A DNA stretch of 63,693 nucleotides, counting the filler, from an uncultured Gemmatimonadota bacterium (GTDB lineage: Bacteria > Blakebacterota > Blakebacteria > Blakebacterales > Blakebacteraceae), in the NCBI GenBank assembly GCA_964576115.1. It is 4 parts of 4 records of this genome, joined end to end, with 100 filler letters (N's around TTAATTAATTAA, not from the genome) between each part and the next. Parts side by side here need not be neighbours in the genome. Positions count along the whole stretch, not along the records: positions 17,214 to 34,269 come from CAZNUA010000063.1; 3 more parts are not named here. The stretch is one strand, 5' to 3'. Below the pieces are notes generated by a model. It saw nothing but the letters and a program-made list of their open reading frames with translations. It was not told the DNA's origin and did no database searches. Positions 19,320 to 29,500 of this stretch are shown here, one piece after another; the stretch's first letter is position 1; every line of letters starts with the position of its first letter. The translations under genes and the position numbers were made by a program.

Positions 19320-20243
19320 ATGAGCACACGACGGCAGTTCGTGAAGAAGACCGGGGCCGGTGTGGCGGGTGTGCTTGCAGCGGGCGCAGCGTTGGGAGCG
19401 GTTGCGGGTACAGCGTCCGGAGAGGCAGCGGGTGCTGCGGGTTCTGCAGCGGGAACGGCCGCAGGGCCGGCGGCAGGAGCGGCAAAGGGTTCAGCCGGCT
19501 CACAGGTCGATCCCCCCTTCGCCCTCGGCATGACCTCCTACACCTTCCGGGAGTTCGACCTGGAGACGACCCTGGCCTGGACCGCCCGGATGGGGCTCGA
19601 GTTCATCTCGCTGAAAAGCATGCACCTGCCGCTGGAAAGTACGCCGGCCGAAGTCGAAGCCGTGGCCCGGCAGGTGCGCGAGGCAGGTCTCGAGCTCTAC
19701 GGCTGCGGGGTGGTCTACATGACGTCCGAAGCTGAGGTCGAGAACGCCTTTGCCTATGCCGCCGCGGGAGGGATGCGGGTCATCATCGGGGTGCCCGAGC
19801 ACAACCTGCTGCCCCTGGTCGAGCGCAAGGTGGCCGAGTACGACATCAAACTGGCGATCCACAACCACGGCCCCGGCGACGAGCGCTATCCCACCCCGCA
19901 GAGCGCCTTCGAGCTCGTCCGCGAGATGGATCCGCGCATGGGGCTGTGCGTCGACATCGGCCACACCATGCGTTCGGGCATCGATCCGGCCGAGCCGGTG
20001 CGCCTGTACGCCGACCGGGTGCACGACCTGCATATAAAGGATGTCTCGGCCGCCAGCCGCCAGGGCTCTACGGTCGAGATCGGCCGCGGGGTGATCGACA
20101 TCCCAAGCTTCGTGCGCACCGTCCTTGCCACCGGCTATGCGGGCGTGCTGGCCCTCGAGCACGAGAAGGACGGAAACGATCCCCTGGCCGGGGCTGCGGA
20201 GTCGATTGGATTTGTCCGGGGGGTTCTGGCGACACTACCATAA
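19320..20243 (+). CDS. Tat-exported sugar-phosphate isomerase/epimerase-like TIM barrel (AP_endonuc_2)
   Basis: STRRQFV Tat motif; Ala/Gly linker; AIHNHG, DIGH, HIKD, LEHE metal ligands. Confidence 0.88.
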   Translation: MSTRRQFVKKTGAGVAGVLAAGAALGAVAGTASGEAAGAAGSAAGTAAGPAAGAAKGSAGSQVDPPFALGMTSYTFREFDLETTLAWTARMGLEFISLKSMHLPLESTPAEVEAVARQVREAGLELYGCGVVYMTSEAEVENAFAYAAAGGMRVIIGVPEHNLLPLVERKVAEYDIKLAIHNHGPGDERYPTPQSAFELVREMDPRMGLCVDIGHTMRSGIDPAEPVRLYADRVHDLHIKDVSAASRQGSTVEIGRGVIDIPSFVRTVLATGYAGVLALEHEKDGNDPLAGAAESIGFVRGVLATLP

Positions 20244-20244
20244 G

Positions 20245-20259
20245 TGGTAAGCATTACCA
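20245..20259. promoter_or_regulatory. Fur-box-like 7-1-7 inverted repeat upstream of the Fur-family gene
   Basis: TGGTAAG-C-ATTACCA versus consensus TGATAAT-N-ATTATCA; 19 bp before the ATG. Confidence 0.55.
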
Positions 20260-20278
20260 TTTGCACGAAACGAGACCA

Positions 20279-20674
20279 ATGCACGTCGAAGCTTTCCAGC
20301 GCAACACGCGCCAGCGTAAAGTCATCATCGAAGAACTCCGCAAGGTCGACACCCACCCCTCGGCCACCGAACTCTACGAAATGGTGCGTCGCCGGCTGCC
20401 CCGCATCAGCCTGGGAACGGTCTATCGCAACCTGGAACTGCTTGCTGAGAGCGGCGAGATCCTCAAGCTCGAATCGGGCGGTCAGGCCCGTTTCGACGGC
20501 AATCCCGCCCGCCATCACCACGTGCGTTGCTCGGTCTGCGGCCGGGTGGACGATGTGCACCGGTCGATCGAGGATGACGGGCTGGATCAGGTGGCGAAAC
20601 TCGACGGTTATCAAATCCAGGACTACCGCCTCGAGTTCATCGGCATCTGTCCGGAGTGCCAGAAAAAGGGATAA
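20279..20674 (+). CDS. Fur/PerR family transcriptional regulator
   Basis: TRQRKVI, HPSATELY, ISLGTVYRNL, HHHVRCSVC, CPEC; true start is ATG 20279 within the longer ORF. Confidence 0.93.
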   Translation: MHVEAFQRNTRQRKVIIEELRKVDTHPSATELYEMVRRRLPRISLGTVYRNLELLAESGEILKLESGGQARFDGNPARHHHVRCSVCGRVDDVHRSIEDDGLDQVAKLDGYQIQDYRLEFIGICPECQKKG

Positions 20675-20720
20675 TCCGCCGGCAGAGCGGAATCTCCGTC
20701 GCACCATCTGAAGCGGAAAG

Positions 20721-20760
20721 GAAAAGGCCGGTCGTCTGTGCACGGGCGACCGGCCCTTTC
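20721..20760. terminator. GC-rich hairpin, probably a bidirectional intrinsic terminator
   Basis: GAAAAGGCCGGTCGTC...GGGCGACCGGCCCTTTC between convergent genes. Confidence 0.6.
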
Positions 20761-20790
20761 ATCGGGAGGTTATGCGTTTACGTTATCAGG

Positions 20791-20997
20791 TCATCTCACA
20801 GCTCGAACCGGCGGTCGACCGCGCCGTCCGCTGAAACGTCCGCTCCGTCCGTGACCGAGGATCCAGTATTCACCGACCAGGCGAAGATGCCGATTGGTGA
20901 TCTCGGTCAGGGAGGATCCGACGGGCAGCAGCTGTTCAGCGCGGTGGAGCCTGACCGGCGGTCCGTCGGTCATATGGAAAGGCTCGCTATCGGGCAT
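20791..20997 (-). CDS. Putative small basic hypothetical protein (68 aa)
   Basis: GGAG SD before ATG 20997; lies in an otherwise empty gap; Arg-rich tail. Confidence 0.3.
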   Translation of the reverse strand: MPDSEPFHMTDGPPVRLHRAEQLLPVGSSLTEITNRHLRLVGEYWILGHGRSGRFSGRRGRPPVRAVR

Positions 20998-21080
20998 TTC
21001 TGAACTCCACGGGTCGGGCATTCCGTCGATTGACTCCGCCAGTAAAACGCCGGAGTCGCGTCTCTGTTCCTTAGAACGAT

Positions 21081-22655
21081 TCAGCAGGGGGATTGGTTGC
21101 TCGGAAAACGGCTTATCGCCTCGGGCAGGTAGGCCAGAAACTCCTCGATCGTTTCCTCGGTGGTGAAGTGGCTGATCACGTTCAGGCGCAGGGCCGAACC
21201 GCCGGGGATCGGGGCGGCGGAGATCCAGAACCGGCCCTCGGCCTGGATCAGGGCCGCCAGCCGCTGCTGCAGTTCGTCGCGTTCGGCCAGAATGCTCTGG
21301 ACGGTGCCGGTGTCCAGTTCGTCCCCGATCTGCGCACTCTCGTCGTCCCGCGCTCCGGCCCGTTCCCTGGCGGTGGCGGCGGCCAGACGGGCGCTGAGCC
21401 CGGCCGGTTCGTAGCGGAAGGTCACGATCGCGGTCTGGGGAGGGACCGCGATCCGGATGTCCGGCATCAGGGCCAGCCGGTCGGCGGTCATTTCGGTCAG
21501 ACGCATCTGCCGGTCCACGAGATCCGAATAGGCGTCACTGCCCACGTGCTTGAGCGTCATCCAGACCTTGAGAGCGTCGAAGCGGCGGCTGCCGGCCAGG
21601 CCTTCCTGGTACCATTCGGTCGGGGGCACCTCGGACCCTTCGGAAGCCGGAATGTAGGTGGCCGCGTGCCGGAAGGCGGCCAGGGCGTGGTTGCGGTCGC
21701 GGAAGAGCACACCCCCCGCCACGAAGGGGATGCTGAACCACTTGTGGGCGTCCACGGTGATCGAGTCGGCCCGCTCGATACCCGCCAGCCGACCGGGGTG
21801 GGTGCGGCACAGGGCCATGGCGCCGCCATAAGCGGCGTCGATGTGAAACCACAGCCCTTCGCGCTCGGCCAGATCGGCCAGTTCAGGCAGGGGATCGATG
21901 GCACCGGCCGCGGTGGTGCCTGCGATGCCGACCAGGACCAGCGGTTCGAGTCCCGCGGCGCGGTCGCGTTCGATCGCGCGCGCAGCATCGCCGGGGTCGA
22001 GACGGGCGTCGGCTCCGGCCGGAATCAGGCGGACTGCCTGCTGGCCCAGGCCGAGCACGTCGGCCGACCGCTCGATGCTGTAGTGAGCCTGATCGGAGGC
22101 ATAGAGAGTGAACTGCCGCCCGGCGGCCAGGAGGCCCCGGGTGCGCACCTCGGGTGCAGCCCTGTGCAGAGCCAGCTTGACACCGGTCATGTTGGCGGCC
22201 GTCCCCCCGCTGGTCAGATGACCCCAGCAGTCGGCGCCGTAGCCGGTGGCCTCACCCAGCCAGCGGATCACGGTCTCCTCGACCACGCTGCCGGAGGGCG
22301 AGTGATGGGCGGCGGCCTGGTTCTGGTTCAGGGCGCTGGCCAGAGCGTCGGCGAAAATGCCGAGCGGGACCGGGGCGGGATTGAGCAGGCCGAAGTAACG
22401 GGGACTGGTGCTGACGGTACAGTGCGGCAGGATGTCCTGTTCAAAGCGGTCGAGCAGGTCGGCGGCCGGGGTGGGGGTTCGGGGCAGGGGCTCATCGAAG
22501 AGGGCGCGCAGTTCGGCGATCGGGGTGGGATCGGTGACGCGCTGCTCGGCCTGCAGGTCCATATACCCGGCGATCAGCTCGGTCACCCGGCGGCCGATCT
22601 CGGTCGCGGCCTCGGGGTCGGTCGGAGCGAATGCGGGCTCGGGTGGTGATGACAT
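21081..22655 (-). CDS. Group II PLP-dependent amino-acid decarboxylase
   Basis: SPRYFG, TSGGTAAN, AHYSI, AGTTAAGAIDPL, HIDAAYGG, SITVDAHKW (PLP lysine). Confidence 0.92.
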   Translation of the reverse strand: MSSPPEPAFAPTDPEAATEIGRRVTELIAGYMDLQAEQRVTDPTPIAELRALFDEPLPRTPTPAADLLDRFEQDILPHCTVSTSPRYFGLLNPAPVPLGIFADALASALNQNQAAAHHSPSGSVVEETVIRWLGEATGYGADCWGHLTSGGTAANMTGVKLALHRAAPEVRTRGLLAAGRQFTLYASDQAHYSIERSADVLGLGQQAVRLIPAGADARLDPGDAARAIERDRAAGLEPLVLVGIAGTTAAGAIDPLPELADLAEREGLWFHIDAAYGGAMALCRTHPGRLAGIERADSITVDAHKWFSIPFVAGGVLFRDRNHALAAFRHAATYIPASEGSEVPPTEWYQEGLAGSRRFDALKVWMTLKHVGSDAYSDLVDRQMRLTEMTADRLALMPDIRIAVPPQTAIVTFRYEPAGLSARLAAATARERAGARDDESAQIGDELDTGTVQSILAERDELQQRLAALIQAEGRFWISAAPIPGGSALRLNVISHFTTEETIEEFLAYLPEAISRFPSNQSPC

Positions 22656-22893
22656 CCGTCTGCCTCTCTGCCGATGGTGCCGATGATCCCGGGAGGACGA
22701 CCGCACGAGTCGGTGATCGAGCGCACCGGCGGTTATGGGATTTCCGCCGCGAGCCGGCCCGGTCCCGGACGCCGGTGCAATATAGGGTGACAGCGGAAGA
22801 AGGGACCGCCATTCTTTCGGCAGGTCAGATTCCAGCGGCCCGGACGACCCGGTCAGCTGGCCCGACGCAACCGACAGAAACGGCGAGAACGGT

Positions 22894-23406
22894 ATGCCCG
22901 ACACACCCCGCGAAGACTCCCTCACCCTGCTCGGTCCCGACGATCACGAGCACTGGATGAAAATGGCCCTGCGCGAAGCGGTACGGGGTGCCGAAGAGGG
23001 CGAGGTGCCGATCGGAGCTGTGGTGGTGCACAACTCGATGATCATCGGGCGCGGGCACAACCGCACCGAGGGGCTGGCCGACGCCACCGCCCACGCCGAG
23101 ATCCTGGCCATCGGGGCGGCCTCGGACACGCTGGGAGACTGGCGCCTGGAGGACTGTACCCTGTATGTAACCCTCGAGCCCTGCCCGATGTGCGCCGGGG
23201 CCATCGTTCAGGCCCGCATCCCGACCCTGGTCTACGCCGCCCCCGATCCGAAAGCGGGTGCCTGCGGCACGCTCTACGATATCGTTCGCGACGAGCGCCT
23301 GAATCACCGGGTCGAGGTCGTGACCGGCATCTGCGAAGCCGAATCAGCCGACCTGTTGCGGGCCTTTTTCAGGCGCCTGCGGGATAAAGAGCCGGCCGAC
23401 GACTGA
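22894..23406 (+). CDS. tadA: tRNA adenosine(34) deaminase
   Basis: GEVPIGAVVV, TAHAEI, TLEPCPMCAGA, DPKAGA, LNHRV, FFRRLR. Confidence 0.95.
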   Translation: MPDTPREDSLTLLGPDDHEHWMKMALREAVRGAEEGEVPIGAVVVHNSMIIGRGHNRTEGLADATAHAEILAIGAASDTLGDWRLEDCTLYVTLEPCPMCAGAIVQARIPTLVYAAPDPKAGACGTLYDIVRDERLNHRVEVVTGICEAESADLLRAFFRRLRDKEPADD

Positions 23407-23470
23407 ATTTCGCTTTTCTTCCGATCAACTCTCCATCAGTTCAACCAGTATAAGGAATAAAGACATCGTT

Positions 23471-24856
23471 GTGACTGCCGTGGCTGCATTCGTTATCGGG
23501 AAAAGATCAATGCTGAAATCAGTGTACCGAACCTCCTTCCGTACTTTCGGGTGCTTTCGTTTCTTCTTTGATCGCTCTGGCGTGTTTCTCCTCGCGATCT
23601 CCTTTGTCGCTCTGGCTGCCTGTTCGGGCGGCGGCTCGGGTGCTGCGGGCGTTGAGGTCGAGCGTATTGCTGTCGGCGATACGCTCGTGGTGAGAAACAC
23701 TTTGCCCGACATGCTTCCGCCGCCGGCCTATACCCTGGAACCCGATCTGACCATCGGCGTCGAGGAGGGGCCCGAGGAATACGTCCTGCTGAGTCCGCAG
23801 GCGCTCGATGTCGATCGAGAGGGAAACATCTATGTCTCCGACCAGCGCGCCGGACAGGTCCGTGTCTACGCTCCGGACGGAACGCACCGCCTGACCTTCG
23901 GACGCCGGGGCGAAGGCCCGGGGGAATTCCACAGCCAGATGTGGGGCCTGTTCGATGTTCACCCGGTGGCAGGGGGAATGATCACAGTCGAGGACAATCC
24001 CTGGCTGCGGATCTTCGACTCTGACGGCACATACCTGCGTTCCTTCGACCTCAGTTTCGTTCTGGCCGCCGACGAGCGTCTGCGCACTTCGGCGGACCGG
24101 ATATGCTGGTTACCCGGACGGGAACATCTGGTTGCGAACTGGACCTGGCGCCGGCAGACCGGAGACTGGATCATGCCCCGGGTCACGACCATGGCGGTGC
24201 TGACCGAAGACCTCGAAATCGTGCGCGAGATGCCGTCCTGCAAACCTCCGCTCGGGATGTACAGTGCTGATCAGCGGGGTTTTTCGCTGCCCTTCACGGC
24301 CGAGTACTGCCACGCCATCACCGGCGACAGGTGGCTCGCCTGGGGGGTGAGCAGCGCCTACCGAATCGACACCTTCGATCTGGACTCCGAAGAGTGGCTG
24401 CGGATCGAACTCGATCTGGAGCCCGTTCCCGTCACCGCGGCCGAGATCGACTCCTTCAAGGCTTCTTTCCTGGAACGGTACGGCGGACCTGATCCGGGGA
24501 TCTGGCGCCCGCTGTTGAACCAGGCTGACTATCCGTCGCGTAAACCGGTCTATGCTGCTTTTCTCGGCGATGACGAGGGCCGGATCTGGGTCGAGCGTTA
24601 TCTGCCGGTCCCCGGCCCCTGGGGAGCCGGATCGGAGGCGGGAGGTCCGATGAACACGCAAACGGGAGGGATGGACGTCTCGGGGGCGGAAGACGGCGTG
24701 GCGGAATGGATCCGCTACGATCTCTTCAGCCCCGACGGGGTCTGGCAGGGGTTTGTGGATTCCCCCGCCAGACTCAACTGCATCGTCGGCGGATCGGCCT
24801 ACTGGCTCGACTACTCCGACTACCCCGTCATCCGCCGGGCCCGCCTGGTGCCCTAA
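23471..24856 (+). CDS. 6-bladed beta-propeller lipoprotein (start uncertain)
   Basis: Lipobox LAAC; DVDREGNIYVSD, GRRGEGPGEF; DDEGRIWV. Confidence 0.75.
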   Translation: MTAVAAFVIGKRSMLKSVYRTSFRTFGCFRFFFDRSGVFLLAISFVALAACSGGGSGAAGVEVERIAVGDTLVVRNTLPDMLPPPAYTLEPDLTIGVEEGPEEYVLLSPQALDVDREGNIYVSDQRAGQVRVYAPDGTHRLTFGRRGEGPGEFHSQMWGLFDVHPVAGGMITVEDNPWLRIFDSDGTYLRSFDLSFVLAADERLRTSADRICWLPGREHLVANWTWRRQTGDWIMPRVTTMAVLTEDLEIVREMPSCKPPLGMYSADQRGFSLPFTAEYCHAITGDRWLAWGVSSAYRIDTFDLDSEEWLRIELDLEPVPVTAAEIDSFKASFLERYGGPDPGIWRPLLNQADYPSRKPVYAAFLGDDEGRIWVERYLPVPGPWGAGSEAGGPMNTQTGGMDVSGAEDGVAEWIRYDLFSPDGVWQGFVDSPARLNCIVGGSAYWLDYSDYPVIRRARLVP

Positions 24857-26427
24857 TTGTATCCCGGTCCTCCCCGGCGGGTCGGCGTGCGCGGGCTCGG
24901 CCACTCGCGCGGATTGCCGTCCCGGTCGAGCAGAACCCGCTTGGTGCGCGGCACCGTCTGGTCGTCTTCAGAGGCCAGGTAGGCCAGGCAGGCCTCGACC
25001 ACGACGTCGTTGATCAGCTCGCAGAAGACAAGCTTGTCGTAGGTGTCGATCTGGGTGTGCCAGGTGTAGCCGTAATCCCAGCTCGAGGTTCCCAGCCCGA
25101 AACAGGGCGCCCCGGCGGCGATGAACGAGGCGTGGTCGCTGCCCCCGCTCGAGGGTGAGCCCGGCACGGTCAGGGTGATGTGCCGGCCGACCTCGGTGGG
25201 CAACCGGGCGATCCAGCGGGCCAGGAAGGGTCCGGCCTCGATGAAACCGGAATCCGAGAGCCGCGAGATCCGCCCGATCCCGGAGTCGAAATTGAAGCCG
25301 GCCTGCAGGCCCGCCACGATTTCGGGGTGGTCTTCAACGAAAGAGGCTGAGCCGTTCAGGCCCTGCTCCTCACTGCCCCACAGGCAGGCCACGATGGTCC
25401 GTTTGGGAGCGGGAAATACCTCTTTGAGCACCCGCAGGGTCTCCATCGCCAGAATGCTGCCCGAGGAGTTGTCGACCCCCCCGGTCGCGGTGTCCCACGT
25501 ATCGAGATGCGCCATCACGATGACGTATTCGTCGGGTTTCTCGGTGCCCGGAATCATGGCCACGGTGTTGTAGGTGGGCTTTTCGCCGAACGTCTCGGCC
25601 TCGGCCTCTATTTCGAGCGTCGGTGTGTGTCCACTCACGGCCAGGCGGTACAGCAGGGTGTAATCCTCCAGGCTCATGATGAAGGCAGGGATCTCGGTCG
25701 TGTAGGTGGTAAAGGTCCGGTAGGTGTGCCAGTTGTTCGCCCAACCCATACCGATCACGCCGGCTGCTCCGGCCTCTTCCATGGCCCGGGCCACGACCTG
25801 ATCGAGCCGGCGCCCCTCGAAGCCGGCCCGGTGCAGGTTCTCGGTAAAGGCCTGCTGGGCAGCCTGGCGCTCTTCCATGAAGGCCTCGTAATCCTCCCGG
25901 GTGGCGTTGGTCTGCCAGGTGGAGTGGGGCCGGCCGCTCGGTTCAGGGAACGAGATCAGAACCCACTTGTCTTTCACCGTGGGGAGCCAGGCCTGAAAGG
26001 CGGCCTGATCGGCTACGTCGGGGATGATCACGACCTCGGCTTCGACCGCCCGTCGCAGGGCGGGACTCCACGACATGAGATGGCCGGTCATGGTCTTGAC
26101 CCACGGCTCGAGCATGTCGATATGGCAGATACCGCGCTGCCAGCTCTGCCACGTTCCCCACTGCTCCATTTCGGCTTCGATACCCCAGCTGCGGAACTGT
26201 TCCACGGCCCACTCGTGGGCGCGGGTGTCCTGCGGACTGCCGGTCAGACGGGGGCCGATGACATCGATCAGCTCGTGGGCCAGGTCGGCGTAGTGAGAGT
26301 TTTCGGTCGCCTCGGTCCAGATCGCCCGGATGACCGGATCGTCGACCGCCAGGGTCTGCGCTGTGACGGGGGCGCTGACGGTGACGAGCAGGGCGACAAG
26401 TACGAAAGTCACGATGAAGCGCTTCAT
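24853..26427 (-). CDS. Secreted M28 family metallopeptidase (carboxypeptidase Q-like)
   Basis: Signal peptide; IGPRLTGS, AHLDTWD, GGVDN, GSEEQGL, GSDH, WHTQIDTYD. Confidence 0.9.
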   Translation of the reverse strand: MKRFIVTFVLVALLVTVSAPVTAQTLAVDDPVIRAIWTEATENSHYADLAHELIDVIGPRLTGSPQDTRAHEWAVEQFRSWGIEAEMEQWGTWQSWQRGICHIDMLEPWVKTMTGHLMSWSPALRRAVEAEVVIIPDVADQAAFQAWLPTVKDKWVLISFPEPSGRPHSTWQTNATREDYEAFMEERQAAQQAFTENLHRAGFEGRRLDQVVARAMEEAGAAGVIGMGWANNWHTYRTFTTYTTEIPAFIMSLEDYTLLYRLAVSGHTPTLEIEAEAETFGEKPTYNTVAMIPGTEKPDEYVIVMAHLDTWDTATGGVDNSSGSILAMETLRVLKEVFPAPKRTIVACLWGSEEQGLNGSASFVEDHPEIVAGLQAGFNFDSGIGRISRLSDSGFIEAGPFLARWIARLPTEVGRHITLTVPGSPSSGGSDHASFIAAGAPCFGLGTSSWDYGYTWHTQIDTYDKLVFCELINDVVVEACLAYLASEDDQTVPRTKRVLLDRDGNPREWPSPRTPTRRGGPGYN

Positions 26428-26583
26428 TGCTGCCTCCAGAGAAGGATTTCTTGATGGGTCGCATTATGAACCCACCGCTGCCTGTGGCACAACCGTTCCC
26501 CCGCGATTCTTGTAGCTTGACTCCCGCCCCGCTGGTGGCAGAATAGAAAACATGATTGCCAACCCCGATCCGGAGCTGAGCCG

Positions 26584-29500
26584 ATGACCCGCACCTACTT
26601 CCCATCCCGTACATCCTCAACATCACGCCTGCCGTTCCCGACCGCCCGCGTACCGGCGCGGTTCGCCGCCGTGCTGACTGTCATGCTGGCCCTGGGATTG
26701 ACCGCAGTCTGGCCGACCGACGCAGCTGCCGATCCGATCAAGTTCGCCCGCTACCCGCACATCTGTCAGGGCAAGATCGCCTTCAGCTACCATGGTGATA
26801 TCTGGGTGGCGAATGAGGATGGATCGAATCCCTACCGGCTGACTGCCCACGTGGCCATGGACTTCTACCCGCGTTTTTCACCCGACGGGCAATGGATCGC
26901 ATTCAGCTCGAACCGGATGGGGAACTTCGACATCTGGATCGTCCCCGCCGCCGGCGGGGTACCACGCCAGCTGACCTTCAACACCACCAACGATAATATC
27001 TGCAACTTCACCCCCGACGGGGAGCGGATCCTCTTCAGCACCAGCCGGGGGGCCAGTCCGTGGGGTACTCCCCTCCACACCGTTTCGGTCGAGGGAGATC
27101 TGCCCGTTCCCCTGCCCATGGACAAGGGCGCCTCGGGGATGATCAGCCCCGACGGTGAGATGGTGGCCTTCAACCGCAATGGCTTCACCTACTGGCGCAA
27201 GGGGTACCGGGGCAACAACAACACCGACATCTGGGTCATGCCGGTCGGCGGAGGAGATATCCTGCAGCTCACAGACGCCGACATTCGCGATTTCCGCTCC
27301 CACACCCAGGACGCTCACCCGATGTGGGGAGCCGACGGGATGATTTACTTCATGAGCGAGCGGGACGGGATCTTCAATATCTGGAAGATACCCCCCCGGG
27401 GCGGGATCCCCGTGCAGGTCACCAACCACAGTGCCGACGGGGTGCAGTACCCCTCGATCAGCCCTGACGGGCGTACCATCATCTACGAGAACGAGTTCGA
27501 GCTGTGGACCCTCTCGGTGCCCGACGGTCAACCCCGCAAGGTCACCATCGAGCTCGATTTCGACCCCAAGTACAACCTGGTCGAATACCTCTCGACCGAG
27601 AACGAAGCCGACGGCTTTTCTCCTTCACCCGATGACGATTACCTGGCCGTGGACTATCACGGCGAGATCTACATCGTTCCGACCGACGAGGAGGTGGGTG
27701 AGAAGAAACAGGTTACCTCTTCAGGGTGGCGGGACCGCTACGAGACCTGGTCACCCGACGGCAACTTTATTGCCTATGTCTCCGACGAGGGGGGCGATGA
27801 CGAACAGATCTGGGTGTATGAAATCGCCAGTGGCGTACACCGGCAGGTTTCGGATCACGAGTCGCTTAAATCCCGTCTGCTCTGGTCGCACGATTCCACC
27901 AGGCTGGCCTGGGTCGGTTCCAACCGGCTCTTCGTGACCGATGTCGAGCGCGGCCGCAGCCGCGAGATCGTCTACAACGAGGCGGGGGGATTCGGGCTGG
28001 ATGCCTTCAGTCCCGATGACGAGTGGCTCATCTACGCTCGCAGTGACGAGAAACAAAACAGCGACCTCTACCTCTACAACCTCGCCGACGAGCGCGAGCT
28101 CGATCTGACGCCCAATCCATGGCGGGAGTCGGCGGGTGAACTGACCCCCGACGGCAAGACCTTCGTCTTCACCTCCAACCGCGACGGGGGCACGAACCAC
28201 CTCTTTGCGGTCTCCCTGGCTCGGCTGACCGAAGATCCCGACGACCCACTCGTACGCCAGCGCCGGGAGACCGAACAGTCCGGCAGGGGGGGCGAGCGCG
28301 GGGCTACGAGCCGCAGCGGTTCCGAAGAGCGCAGCGGCGGGCGCACCGACCGGCAGGCCCGGGGCGAAGAAGCCGAACAGGCCGAGCCCGAACCCGAACC
28401 TCTGCAGGTCGATCTGGAAGGCATCGACCGCCGGGCCCGCCAACTCACCCGGGGCGAGAATGGCGTGTCGAGCTTCTTCATTTCGGCCGATGGCGAAACG
28501 ATCTACTTCGTTTCGAGCGATGACAGCGGCCGGGGTCTGTTCTCGATCGGCATCGACGGCCAGGGGCGGCGCAAGGTCACCGACGGTTCCTTTTCGGGGC
28601 TTACCCCTTCGGCCGACCGCCGGAGCGTGTACTACCGGCAGGGATCCAACATCTACCACATGCCGCTCCAGAACCGGCAGAAGGAACGGATCGACTTCTC
28701 CTTCACCGTCACGGTCGACCTGCCGGCCGAGTGGCGTCAGGTCTTCTTCGAAGCCTGGCGGATCATGAAGTACCGCTTTTATGACGAAAACATGCACGGC
28801 CGCGACTGGCGCGCCATCCGCGACAAGTACGAGCCCCTGCTGGCTTATGTGGGTATGACCCAGGACCTCAACGACGTGGCCAATGAGATGATCGGGGAAC
28901 TGAACGCCTCGCACACCGGGGTGAGCCGCGGTTCGAGCAGCTATGAGGCCCCCGCGACCTACCGGACGACTCTGCCGGGATTCGAAATGGAGCCGGCCGG
29001 TCAGGCCTACCGGATCACTCACATCTACCGTGAGGGCCCGGCCGATCACGAGTGGATCGACCTGAACGTGGGCGACTACGTTCTGGCCATTGACGGCCAG
29101 GCCATCCGGCCGCCCGAGAATTACTGGACAATTCTCAACCACACTCTGAACGACTATGTGACCTTCACGGTCTCGAGCTCGCCGCGCGGGTCCGACGTGC
29201 GCGAGGTGCGTATCCGCACGGTGGGTTCGGTGCGAAACATCCAGTACGAGGAGTGGGTCAAGACCCGCCGCGAGATGGTCGAGGAATGGTCTGGCGGTCA
29301 GATCGCGTACGTGCACATCCGCTCGATGAACCAGTCCTCGCTACAGGTGTTCGAGAACGAGATCAACCAGTACTGGGACGCGAAGGGGATCATCGTCGAC
29401 ATCCGCTACAACGGCGGGGGGAACACCGACCAGCAGATCCTCGACATCCTCGAGCGCCGCCCCTATGAGTTCTGGAACTCGCGCTGGGGTGCCCGCGAGT

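Noticed and set aside
19360-19500. GCN-rich quasi-repeat
   Set aside because: Encodes a low-complexity Ala/Gly linker; not an independent DNA repeat
20279-22655. Fur plus PLP decarboxylase as a siderophore locus
   Set aside because: Genes are convergent, and no monooxygenase, acyltransferase, NIS synthetase or receptor is nearby
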